From the NCBI GenBank assembly GCA_031291995.1, contig JARLHZ010000025.1, positions 91,965-155,964 on the forward strand: a stretch of DNA of 64,000 nt, given 5' to 3'. Below the pieces are notes generated by a model. That model did not search any database. It saw only the letters and a program-made list of their open reading frames with translations, and was not told the origin of the DNA. This DNA is from Candidatus Doudnabacteria bacterium (GTDB taxonomy: Bacteria; Patescibacteriota; Doudnabacteria; UBA920). This document shows, piece by piece, positions 56,522 to 64,000 of the stretch. A program made the position numbers and the translations under genes. The number at the start of each line of letters is the position of its first letter. Position 1 is the stretch's first letter.

Positions 56522-57732
56522 ATTTGTAAATATTGTGGAAAACGGTACGGGGTCAAGACATTTTGTGATTGAGCCTGTGGAAAAGTTTCCATTAAGGGAT
56601 TAAAGAGGTTGTCCAGGATTAACATCGGAAAGCGGCAGATCTGGTCGGCATTGTATATGCCAAGAGAGTCAAGTTTTTCTTTAGGCGACATTCCGTTCAT
56701 GCCAATACCGTCAGAGGCGCGACGGTTGTAGTAAAAATTCCAGTACTGTCCTTCTATCAGAAAATCGGAGTTACTGTTAATGTGTTCCCCCCTGGGGCAG
56801 TAAAATTCTTCGTCGTCGATCCTGTGCGTCCGTTCCACCAGGTTGTTCTTCCACTTTGCTCCGCCTGTCCACTCGGCCGCGGCTCCCAGCGGCTTTAACT
56901 GTTCGTTCCAATCCGCAAGCTTCCTCTCTGAAGCGGAAAAGAATTCCGCGCCGCCGTCCATTCGCGTGTTAATATTGTTTTGTATGTTATGGGCTCTCAG
57001 CCAGAGAATTACGGTTTGTAAAAACTTTAATCCATAAAAAGAACTTAAGGTATACGACCAGGCCAAGAATCTGGTTTTGGTCTTGGCGTCAACAATCGTC
57101 CATTGGTATTTGGGCAGAGCAAGCTTTTGGCTTTTAAACTTCTGATAAATTTCTTTCGGCAAAGCGTGTTGGTCTAAAATTTCCTTGGTATCGTACTGTA
57201 ATTGCTCAAATGCCCCAATTTCCGCATAGTTGTACAAGGCCCTGCGTTCCCCGTTAACGGTCCTAATCTTTTTCCCTTTTAGCCCCAGTCTTTTGTAAAC
57301 TCCCTTGATTTTGGAAAAAGTAAAGGCCTCCATGTCCAGCCCGGCTATTTTAAAATGCTTGTAGAGGCGTTTAAAGCCGTAGTTTAATTTCAAATGTTTC
57401 TCTGTGATGGTTTTTTCGGTATTTTCGTCAGCCGTCCGCTTGTTGGTCTTGGGCCTTCTGGACTCAAACTTTAAAAATTCAAACAGCTTTAAATCATCAG
57501 TTTTAATCTTTTCGTTGCAGGACAGCAGGCAAAGGACTTTAGAGTCAGACTGATTTTTACAAAGTTTAATAATTTCATTAACGGTATTTTTATGGCAGCC
57601 GATATCCCGGGCAATGTCTTTTTGGGGGATGTGGTCGGCAAAGTAATGGCGGGCGATTTTCAGCCGGGTGATGATCGGCCCTTCGGTTTTGCAATTGTCC
57701 TTGTAACTCATTACAATACTTTTACAGGTCAT
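56503..57732 (-). CDS. DDE (rve-type) transposase, IS481/IS30-like single-ORF
   Basis: N-terminal HTH; WTIVDAK, RMDGGAEF, NLVERTHRIDDEEF = D,D,E catalytic triad spacing; stop overlaps hsdS start by 19 nt. Confidence 0.65.
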   Translation of the reverse strand: MTCKSIVMSYKDNCKTEGPIITRLKIARHYFADHIPQKDIARDIGCHKNTVNEIIKLCKNQSDSKVLCLLSCNEKIKTDDLKLFEFLKFESRRPKTNKRTADENTEKTITEKHLKLNYGFKRLYKHFKIAGLDMEAFTFSKIKGVYKRLGLKGKKIRTVNGERRALYNYAEIGAFEQLQYDTKEILDQHALPKEIYQKFKSQKLALPKYQWTIVDAKTKTRFLAWSYTLSSFYGLKFLQTVILWLRAHNIQNNINTRMDGGAEFFSASERKLADWNEQLKPLGAAAEWTGGAKWKNNLVERTHRIDDEEFYCPRGEHINSNSDFLIEGQYWNFYYNRRASDGIGMNGMSPKEKLDSLGIYNADQICRFPMLILDNLFNPLMETFPQAQSQNVLTPYRFPQYLQICLNYS

Positions 57733-57787
57733 TGTCGTATTCTGTTTTAGTTATTACTCGTAACTAAATTATACGGCAATGGCTTGT

Positions 57788-57982
57788 TTAATTTTCAGCC
57801 GGAGCTGATCCGCCTGTGGCGGAAATGTGAAGGCCTTTATCGACTTTAAAGGTTTTAAGGTATTTGAGGTAATGACGCTGTCTTTTCCTTACTTTTCCCA
57901 AAAACCGCTTAAATTCTACCTTGGCGGCGATCACATTATGTATTGTATCCTCTATTAATATTGTGGAAAACAAGCTTGACAA
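57788..57982 (-). CDS. Hypothetical small protein (64 aa)
   Basis: ORF only; between transposase and NYN gene. Confidence 0.2.
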   Translation of the reverse strand: MSSLFSTILIEDTIHNVIAAKVEFKRFLGKVRKRQRHYLKYLKTFKVDKGLHISATGGSAPAEN

Positions 57983-58069
57983 ACGTTCATATAATAGTTA
58001 AAATAGAAACGATCGAAAGATCACGAACTCTATAGCTTAAGGGCTCCGCAAGGAGTCCTTTTTGCATGG

Positions 58070-58834
58070 TTATGAACCAGCTGGTTTTGGACCATCCATT
58101 TCTCTGTTCCAACAAATAAAATTTTTAATTTTCTGAATATCGTAAATAAACAAGCCTTGTGAGGTTAGAGACGCTAATTCACTGGCCACTCTTCGAGGAG
58201 TGGAAAAAATAAAGACCTTTTTACCATTTTGGAGCAACTGCTCAATAGGCCCCGCAAAATCGCTGTCTCCGCTCCAAAGCACGAAACAATCCGCTTCCTT
58301 TTTCTCAAAAGCAAGCATCATGTCCCGGCCAATTTCTACATCAAAATTGCATTTGCGATCTTCAATAAAGTAAGTCCCGAGTTTGTTTAACTCTCCCAGT
58401 TGCGCGTTTAGGTACTCAACCACTTCAACCTTTAACCGCCTTAAAAGCGAAGGCCGAATAAAACTTTTAAGGATATCAGTAGATGACGGAGAAATACTGG
58501 AGACATCAATAGACTTTTGCATAATTTTTACAGGTTTTGTAATACAGCCAGGTCCAAAAGCCTTAGTAAGGTCCTTATTTTCGTGTTCAGACTCTTTATC
58601 GCCAATTAAAGTACCGTTATAAATCTTAATTTCCTTGACAGCGCCAAAGGAGTCAAAAAACTGTTTGACCCTAAAAGGCTCTACATGCCAACCCAACTTA
58701 TCGGCCCACGGTCTAACATTGGCAAAATCGATATAAATTTTCGTAGAAACGCTTAAAAGCGTATCCATCTCGGAAATTCTTTCCGGGAACATTTGCGCAA
58801 GTAAGTCAATTTTTACCGTTTTGGCTTTAAACAT
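58070..58834 (-). CDS. NYN-domain (LabA/PIN-like) protein
   Basis: YIDFANV ... ADCFVLWSGDSDFAGPIEQLLQNGKKVFIFS matching NYN acidic-residue pattern. Confidence 0.75.
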   Translation of the reverse strand: MFKAKTVKIDLLAQMFPERISEMDTLLSVSTKIYIDFANVRPWADKLGWHVEPFRVKQFFDSFGAVKEIKIYNGTLIGDKESEHENKDLTKAFGPGCITKPVKIMQKSIDVSSISPSSTDILKSFIRPSLLRRLKVEVVEYLNAQLGELNKLGTYFIEDRKCNFDVEIGRDMMLAFEKKEADCFVLWSGDSDFAGPIEQLLQNGKKVFIFSTPRRVASELASLTSQGLFIYDIQKIKNFICWNREMDGPKPAGS

Positions 58835-59001
58835 AATAATGTGCTATTAGTAATGGCTGGCAATAATAACTTGGAATATGCTATGGTGTCCCTCCGGAGA
58901 ATCCGGAACTTAAGCTGTAAATAACCATTTTCCTAGACGCCGCCATTCTTGAATACCTAAGGGGATGTGATTCCTTGTCGCCCTCCCCTTTTTTATTTAT
59001 A

Positions 59002-60996
59002 TTATAGCTGCTTTAATAAATCCAATAGCTCGTTTTCCACCTTTTCTATATCTGTCTCTATGGCTTCAAGACTCCTTGGGGCTTCGTATTTGTAGAAGTG
59101 GCGGGTAAAGGGAATTTCGTAGCCGACAATACCAACTTTGCCGTCTTTGTGGTCGACTATCGATGTGTTTATCCAGACATCAGGAACGTAAGGCTTAACC
59201 TCTTTTTCAAAATATTGTTTAATGTCCATTTCGTAAGGCACATTTTCATAGTCGCGCAGTTCGCTGTCGGGTTCTATATTACCGTCTTTGTCGGTGCATA
59301 TAACAGCATTTTCATCACGCTCGCCCAGAGCATCTACAACAATTTTAATAATTGTAGCGCTTTTTTTAAGATGTTTAAAATACGTTTGTATTTTTTGGAC
59401 AAACAATTCCCTACTGTTTATGGGAGCTTTAAAATCCTTGGCTAACTGGCCAAAAATAGTAATAACTTCCTCCATTTCTTTGGCTGGAAGTTTTTTAAAG
59501 GCGTTTTCGTGTGATATTTTGTCCAGGGAGTCTTTAGTAACTTCAAACTTAAGCTTTAGCGGCCGTTCAATAGTTATTTGTCTGTAAGCAAAATCCGTGG
59601 TTATAAAGATTTTAGAGAATTCACCCTCCTCGTACTTTTCGTATAGCTCAACAATTTTCTTTTTAGACTCCGCGTCTATTTCATGTCTCTTACTACCAAG
59701 ACTTTTCCGAGTTTTTTTAAAAAACGTACGGCCGTCTATAAGTTGAACTTTGCCTTTTCTTTCCTTAGATTTTCTGTTGGTAACAAACCATAGGTAAGTG
59801 TTTATGCCTGTGTTATAAAAAAGTTGGTCCGGCAATGCTACAATGGCTTCCAATAAGTCTTTTTCCAGTATCCACCTGCGGATTTCGCTTTCGCCACTTC
59901 CGGCGTCTCCGGTAAACAGTGGAGAACCATTATGAACAATAGCTATGCGGGAGCCACCGTCTTTTTCCGGTTTCATTTTGGAAATAAGGTGCTGTAAAAA
60001 CAAAAGCTGGCCATCGGAAATACGGGGCGTACCCGCGCCAAACCTGCCGGCGTAACCGCGGGCGGCTTCGCGTTCTACAGAGTCTTTGTCTTTTTTCCAG
60101 TCAACCCCATAGGGTGGATTGGAAAGCCCGTAGTCGAAAACCTCGCCAAAAAATTGGTCGTTGGCAAGCGTGCTCGCTTTGGAATGGTCTTTCTCTCCGC
60201 CGCGAATAAGGTCAGGGTCGTCACCCTTTATAAGCATGTCGGACTTAGCCATGGCGTAGGTAATGGAGTTTAACTCTTGACCGTAGAGAAAGATATCGGC
60301 CTCCTTGTTAATTTTAGTAAGAATGTAATCTTTAGACACACTTAACATTCCACCGGTGCCGCACGCAGGATCATATATTTTTTTAATAACATGGGGTTTT
60401 TGAAGATCCTTAATGTCCGGTGAAAAAAGCAATTCAGTCATAAGTTCTATTACATCGCGCGGGGTGTAGTGTTCTCCGGCAGTTTCATTGGACATTTCAG
60501 AAAATTTGCGGAGCAACTCTTCAAAAATATGCCCCATTTGGTAGTTGTCCACCTTGGAAGGATGAAAAGCAACGCCGTTTAATATTTGAATAATTTCGAA
60601 TAATAAATTTCCGCCTTCTAATCTCTCTAGCTGTTTGTTAAAATCAAACTTTTCAAAAATATCCTGAATATTTTTGCTATAACCGTTTATATACTGCTTA
60701 AAGTTTTTTGCCAAATGTTTTGGTTCGCCAAGGATCGTTTTAAAATCATAATCGGAAATATTATAAAAAGCCGTGCCCGAAGTTTTTTTAAGAATTGGGT
60801 CCAGATCGTTTATTTTGCCTTTGTATTCGTTGTACTTTTCCAAAACTTTTGGTTTTGTATCCGCGAGAATAGAATCCAGGCGTTTTAAGACCACCAGCGG
60901 AAGTATTACGTCCTGGTATTCGTGCTGTTTCCAACCTCCGCGCAAGATATCGGCAATATTCGAGATCATTGATGTTTTTTGGCTAAAATTTTCCAT
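59002..60996 (-). CDS. hsdM: Type I restriction-modification DNA methyltransferase subunit
   Basis: HsdM_N-like start, GEHYTPRDVIELM, motif I IYDPACGTGGML, motif IV NPPYG; 664 aa with C-terminal extension. Confidence 0.9.
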   Translation of the reverse strand: MENFSQKTSMISNIADILRGGWKQHEYQDVILPLVVLKRLDSILADTKPKVLEKYNEYKGKINDLDPILKKTSGTAFYNISDYDFKTILGEPKHLAKNFKQYINGYSKNIQDIFEKFDFNKQLERLEGGNLLFEIIQILNGVAFHPSKVDNYQMGHIFEELLRKFSEMSNETAGEHYTPRDVIELMTELLFSPDIKDLQKPHVIKKIYDPACGTGGMLSVSKDYILTKINKEADIFLYGQELNSITYAMAKSDMLIKGDDPDLIRGGEKDHSKASTLANDQFFGEVFDYGLSNPPYGVDWKKDKDSVEREAARGYAGRFGAGTPRISDGQLLFLQHLISKMKPEKDGGSRIAIVHNGSPLFTGDAGSGESEIRRWILEKDLLEAIVALPDQLFYNTGINTYLWFVTNRKSKERKGKVQLIDGRTFFKKTRKSLGSKRHEIDAESKKKIVELYEKYEEGEFSKIFITTDFAYRQITIERPLKLKFEVTKDSLDKISHENAFKKLPAKEMEEVITIFGQLAKDFKAPINSRELFVQKIQTYFKHLKKSATIIKIVVDALGERDENAVICTDKDGNIEPDSELRDYENVPYEMDIKQYFEKEVKPYVPDVWINTSIVDHKDGKVGIVGYEIPFTRHFYKYEAPRSLEAIETDIEKVENELLDLLKQL

Positions 60997-61008
60997 ATTT
61001 AGATTTTG

Positions 61009-62145
61009 TTATTTGGTAAAGAGGTCAATATATTTTGTTAAGTAGAATATCCTGTCTTTTTTAAAACCCGTTTTTTCGGAAAATAAACCAAGTCTTTCAA
61101 AATCAGTGGCAATAGCTGATGCAGTTGGGAATGTAACAGAAAGCATGGACTCAATATCTCTAATAGTTACCACAGGCTGGGAAAATAACAGCCTTAACAG
61201 CTCTTTGCCCAGTTTTTGGCGTTTAACGCCCATACCTGTTTCAATCGCGTTTTCGTATTTTTTGCGAAGATCAATAATTTTTTCCAAGGTTTCTCTTGAG
61301 CCTTTGGCGGTTTCCAAAACGCCCGTAAGAAAAAACCGTATCCATTGCTCTATGTCGTTGCTTTCACGAACGCGCGAAAGGCCATCGTAATATTGCGGAC
61401 GATGTTTTTCAAAAAAATCAGATATATACAAAGTAGGCTTTTGTATAATACCTAGACTTACCAAATGCAGAGTAATTAATAGCCTGCCTACACGCCCATT
61501 GCCGTCTAAGAATGGGTGAATTGTTTCAAACTGGTAATGCGAAATTGCAATTTTAATTAAGTCCGGAATATCAATATTTTTGTTGTGCCAAAATTTTTCC
61601 AGGTCGCTAAGTAATTCTGCAAGTTCTTCGTGATGCGGCGGAATAAATACGGCATCCTTTAAAGTTGCGCCGCCCAGCCAATTTTGGCTTTTGCGTATTT
61701 CGCCCGGCATTTTGGAAAAACCCCGAACGCTTGAAAGCAAAACTTTGTGAGTATCTTTTACCAACCGCATTGAAAGAGGCAGCTTTTCCAATTCTTTGAT
61801 GGAATAATTTATGGCTTTAACGTAATTTTGTACCTCTTCCCAGTCATCTCGTTTTTCGGGCTTAATTTCAAGCTGCGGCAATAGAGCTTCGTCTAATTTT
61901 GTGCGAGTTCCCTCTATTTTGCTGGAAACTGTAGCTTCTTTGGCAATGTGCATTTTTATAAAAAAGTCCACATCGGGGATAAGTTTGGAAAAAGCATTAA
62001 GTTCTCCAAGATAGCGCATGGCATCCGAAAGCAGCAGATTAATGCGTTTGTCTGCCCATTCAAAGTTAGTATTTACAACAGAAGGTTGGAAACTCTTATA
62101 TCCAAGCTGTTGTTTGTATGTTCCTGCCTTATATTTATATGCCAT
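61009..62145 (-). CDS. Fic-family protein with C-terminal wHTH-like region
   Basis: [12 protein letters not shown] active-site motif; SSKIEGTRT inhibitory-type motif; 13 nt upstream of hsdM, same strand. Confidence 0.85.
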   Translation of the reverse strand: MAYKYKAGTYKQQLGYKSFQPSVVNTNFEWADKRINLLLSDAMRYLGELNAFSKLIPDVDFFIKMHIAKEATVSSKIEGTRTKLDEALLPQLEIKPEKRDDWEEVQNYVKAINYSIKELEKLPLSMRLVKDTHKVLLSSVRGFSKMPGEIRKSQNWLGGATLKDAVFIPPHHEELAELLSDLEKFWHNKNIDIPDLIKIAISHYQFETIHPFLDGNGRVGRLLITLHLVSLGIIQKPTLYISDFFEKHRPQYYDGLSRVRESNDIEQWIRFFLTGVLETAKGSRETLEKIIDLRKKYENAIETGMGVKRQKLGKELLRLLFSQPVVTIRDIESMLSVTFPTASAIATDFERLGLFSEKTGFKKDRIFYLTKYIDLFTK

Positions 62146-62257
62146 AGGCCAAGTATAGCACGTAATATAGTCTTGTCAAATTAAATATTTAGGCTTTAAC
62201 CTTTAATATAGTAATAATGAATTAAAACTCAATTTACAATTCCCCCCAAAGCTTACC

Positions 62258-62289
62258 ATATCAAAAGCCCCGGCTTTTGTACGGGGCTT
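62258..62289 (-). terminator. Intrinsic terminator (minus strand)
   Basis: AAGCCCCG-loop-CGGGGCTT followed on the minus strand by TTTTGAT. Confidence 0.5.
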
Positions 62290-62928
62290 GAGAAATTGGC
62301 TTTCAAAGGAAAACGAGATTTGGGTTTACTCGCAAGCCGGGGGGAAGGTTACAGCTTTTATTTTTGATTCCTCAGGCAGCCTACCGCCTTTGAAATGGAC
62401 TGGCGTCCAACCCGACGCCGCTTGTCCAATACACTCAGCAAGACAATTGCCTCTGCAGAAGTTTTGTCTCACTTTGTTGAATGTAGGGTGATTGCAGTTT
62501 ATTTGCACCCGCTTTAAGAACAATACCTTTAATTAAGGTTCCGGGAACCGCCTTACTCCACCCTATTGTGTTTCGGGCATGCGTTACTTCTTGTTCTATG
62601 AGAAGTTGTTCCGCCATTTCCTATGAAAGCCGACACTAAATAAGACGTGTGCGGAAATTTTTTGTTACATTTTTCCTAAAGCTTCTTCGGTTTCAAACAT
62701 TCCAATATAGGTGTGCTTTTGCGCTTCAAAAGCGGCAAAAAGTTCCGTTTCCGCCAGCGGCACTCCCCGCTACGCGACAAAAAGCTCGACAAAAAGGGGT
62801 CTGGAGCTATTATTTAAAATTCGATAGGAGAGTTTAAATCAGGTAGCGTCAAAGCGTCGGAACCCCGACGCAGGCTGGTCGGGGCTGGTTGAACTCCGAC
62901 GTTCCAGATAAAGCCCTGGAAGTCGGAG

Positions 62929-62963
62929 CAGGCCGATGACCTACTCCTTACCATGGAGTTGCT
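62929..62963 (-). repeat. Partial duplicate (about 35 nt) of the tRNA-Thr D-loop/anticodon-arm region
   Basis: GATGACCTACTCCTTACCATGGAGTTGCTCTACCA identical to 63101-63135 inside the tRNA. Confidence 0.8.
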
Positions 62964-63074
62964 CTACCAACCCCGACGCCCCTTTGGGGGTCGGGGCTCC
63001 GACCTTTGACGCCGCGAGGTTAAAGCTGGCAGCGTCAAAGCGTCGGAGCTGAGCAACCAATAAAAAAATTTTCC

Positions 63075-63150
63075 TGGAGCCGTTGATCGGAATTGAACCG
63101 ATGACCTACTCCTTACCATGGAGTTGCTCTACCAGCTGAGCTACAACGGC
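63075..63150 (-). tRNA. tRNA-Thr (anticodon GGU), CCA encoded
   Basis: Minus-strand cloverleaf: acceptor GCCGTTG/CAACGGC, D-arm GCTC-AGCTGGTA-GAGC, anticodon arm ACTCC-ATGGTAA-GGAGT, T-arm ATCGG-TTCAATT-CCGAT, discriminator U, CCA. Confidence 0.8.
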
Positions 63151-63174
63151 ACTAAGAAAATTTTTTTATTAACA

Positions 63175-63963
63175 TCAGCCAATTAAATTTGAGGCTTGGC
63201 CCATGGCTTGGGCTTTTTGGGTTTGGCCGGCTTTTTGGTAGGCGGCGCTGGCCGCGGAGTAGTATTTGGCCGAGGGCTCGAGGGAGGCCGCTTTTTCAAA
63301 GTTTACGGCGGCTTCCTGGGCGTTCCCGTCCTGTTCCAGGCACAGGCCTAGGTTATAATAGCGGTTTGGCTGGGTGGAATCAAGTGCCAGGGAAGCCTTG
63401 TAACTTTCGGCCGCTTTATGGAAATTTTTAAGCTGATAGTGGCAAAAGGCCAGCCGCGCGTGGTAATCGGGATTGGCCGGGCGGTGGTTGGTTAAATAAA
63501 TATAGACATCGGAAGCGTCGCTAAAATTTTCCCGGGAAATATAAAATTTTCCCAAAGCGTCGTAATGGTCAAAGTTAGCCGGCTGAAGTTTGATGTTATT
63601 GAGGTAGTATTGTTCATTGCGAACCTCGCTGGTCGTAAGCGGTTTTGGCGGAGCCGGTTTGGCCGCGCCGGTAAATTTATCGCCAAAGATTTTTTTCATC
63701 TGATAGCCGGTAACGGAATGCGGCCTGAGGTCTTTGGCTTCGAGCACAAAATTCCACAGTTTCTTTAGCCACAGCCGGAGTGTGCTGCGGATTTTGGAAA
63801 GTTCGATAACCGGCAGGCCTTTGGCCGCCAATTTTTGGCCGGATGACGCTTCCGCGCTGCCGCTTTGGCCCGCGGCGGCTTCGGGTAGTCTGCGGATAAT
63901 AATCAACAGCATCCCTAACACCGCCAGAATGAAAATTATATTGGGAATAATTTGGTAAGACAA
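63175..63963 (-). CDS. Membrane-anchored TPR-repeat protein
   Basis: N-terminal TM; C-terminal TPR-like repeats (YYNLGLCLEQDGNAQEAAVNFEKA...). Confidence 0.6.
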   Translation of the reverse strand: MSYQIIPNIIFILAVLGMLLIIIRRLPEAAAGQSGSAEASSGQKLAAKGLPVIELSKIRSTLRLWLKKLWNFVLEAKDLRPHSVTGYQMKKIFGDKFTGAAKPAPPKPLTTSEVRNEQYYLNNIKLQPANFDHYDALGKFYISRENFSDASDVYIYLTNHRPANPDYHARLAFCHYQLKNFHKAAESYKASLALDSTQPNRYYNLGLCLEQDGNAQEAAVNFEKAASLEPSAKYYSAASAAYQKAGQTQKAQAMGQASNLIG

Positions 63964-64000
63964 GGAAGTAGAATTGACAAAATTTAAAAAATTGACATAA

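Noticed and set aside
57733-57800. Inverted repeats of the IS481/IS30-like element
   Set aside because: I could not identify convincing terminal inverted repeats or a target duplication by eye at either end. Only the transposase gene is reported, not a delimited element.
58940-58995. Terminator-like hairpin AAGGGGA...TCCCCTT with T-run on the plus strand just downstream of the hsdM stop
   Set aside because: The T-run is on the strand opposite hsdM and no plus-strand gene ends here. Orientation is inconsistent with a terminator for the adjacent genes.
62820-63060. Possible CRISPR array (repeated GCGTCAAAGCGTCGGA / CCCCGACG units)
   Set aside because: The repeats are irregular in length and spacing, overlap one another, and include a tRNA fragment. 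There is no regular repeat-spacer periodicity.

Overview
This 64 kb window is low-GC bacterial chromosome, about 40% GC. It has many small membrane and exported proteins, a class F-like sortase, and no outer-membrane machinery, so it is probably a monoderm lineage, possibly Patescibacteria-like. That placement is inference only. No rRNA genes or CRISPR array were found.

Three zones can be distinguished:

- **1 to 16 kb, mostly housekeeping.** Genes include gyrA, ribosomal protein S1, a YhhQ-type queuosine-precursor transporter, a CofE-like ligase, a DUF2207 membrane protein, a class F sortase with a large S/T/N/G-rich exported protein, an ArsR regulator, and a tRNA with anticodon UAU.
- **16 to 42 kb, envelope and regulatory genes.**
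  - uppP.
  - An RnfD/NqrB-like membrane domain fused to an FNR-type reductase, followed by two exported FMN-binding-domain proteins.
  - Two paralogous OmpR/histidine-kinase pairs.
  - An IS4-family element next to an MFS transporter fragment.
  - A Fic protein.
  - HU.
  - PAP2 phosphatases.
  - A PadR regulator.
  - Paralogous membrane proteins.
- **42.5 to 62.2 kb, a mobile-DNA-rich defence island ending next to tRNA-Thr(GGU).**
  - A wHTH-GHKL-ATPase-DUF4325 gene bracketed by 132-134 bp direct repeats.
  - An IS3 element that supplies the stop codon of a truncated UvrD-like helicase.
  - A co-directional block of uncharacterised genes: two small proteins, two PD-(D/E)XK-type nucleases (one Cas4-like with four cysteines), and a DUF2130 coiled-coil protein.
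  - A Type I restriction-modification system with hsdM, hsdS and hsdR separated by a NYN-domain gene, a DDE transposase and a DUF3800 gene.
  - A second Fic protein.

The best candidates for an undescribed system are the five-gene block directly downstream of hsdR and the repeat-flanked GHKL/DUF4325 cassette with an iteron-filled promoter.
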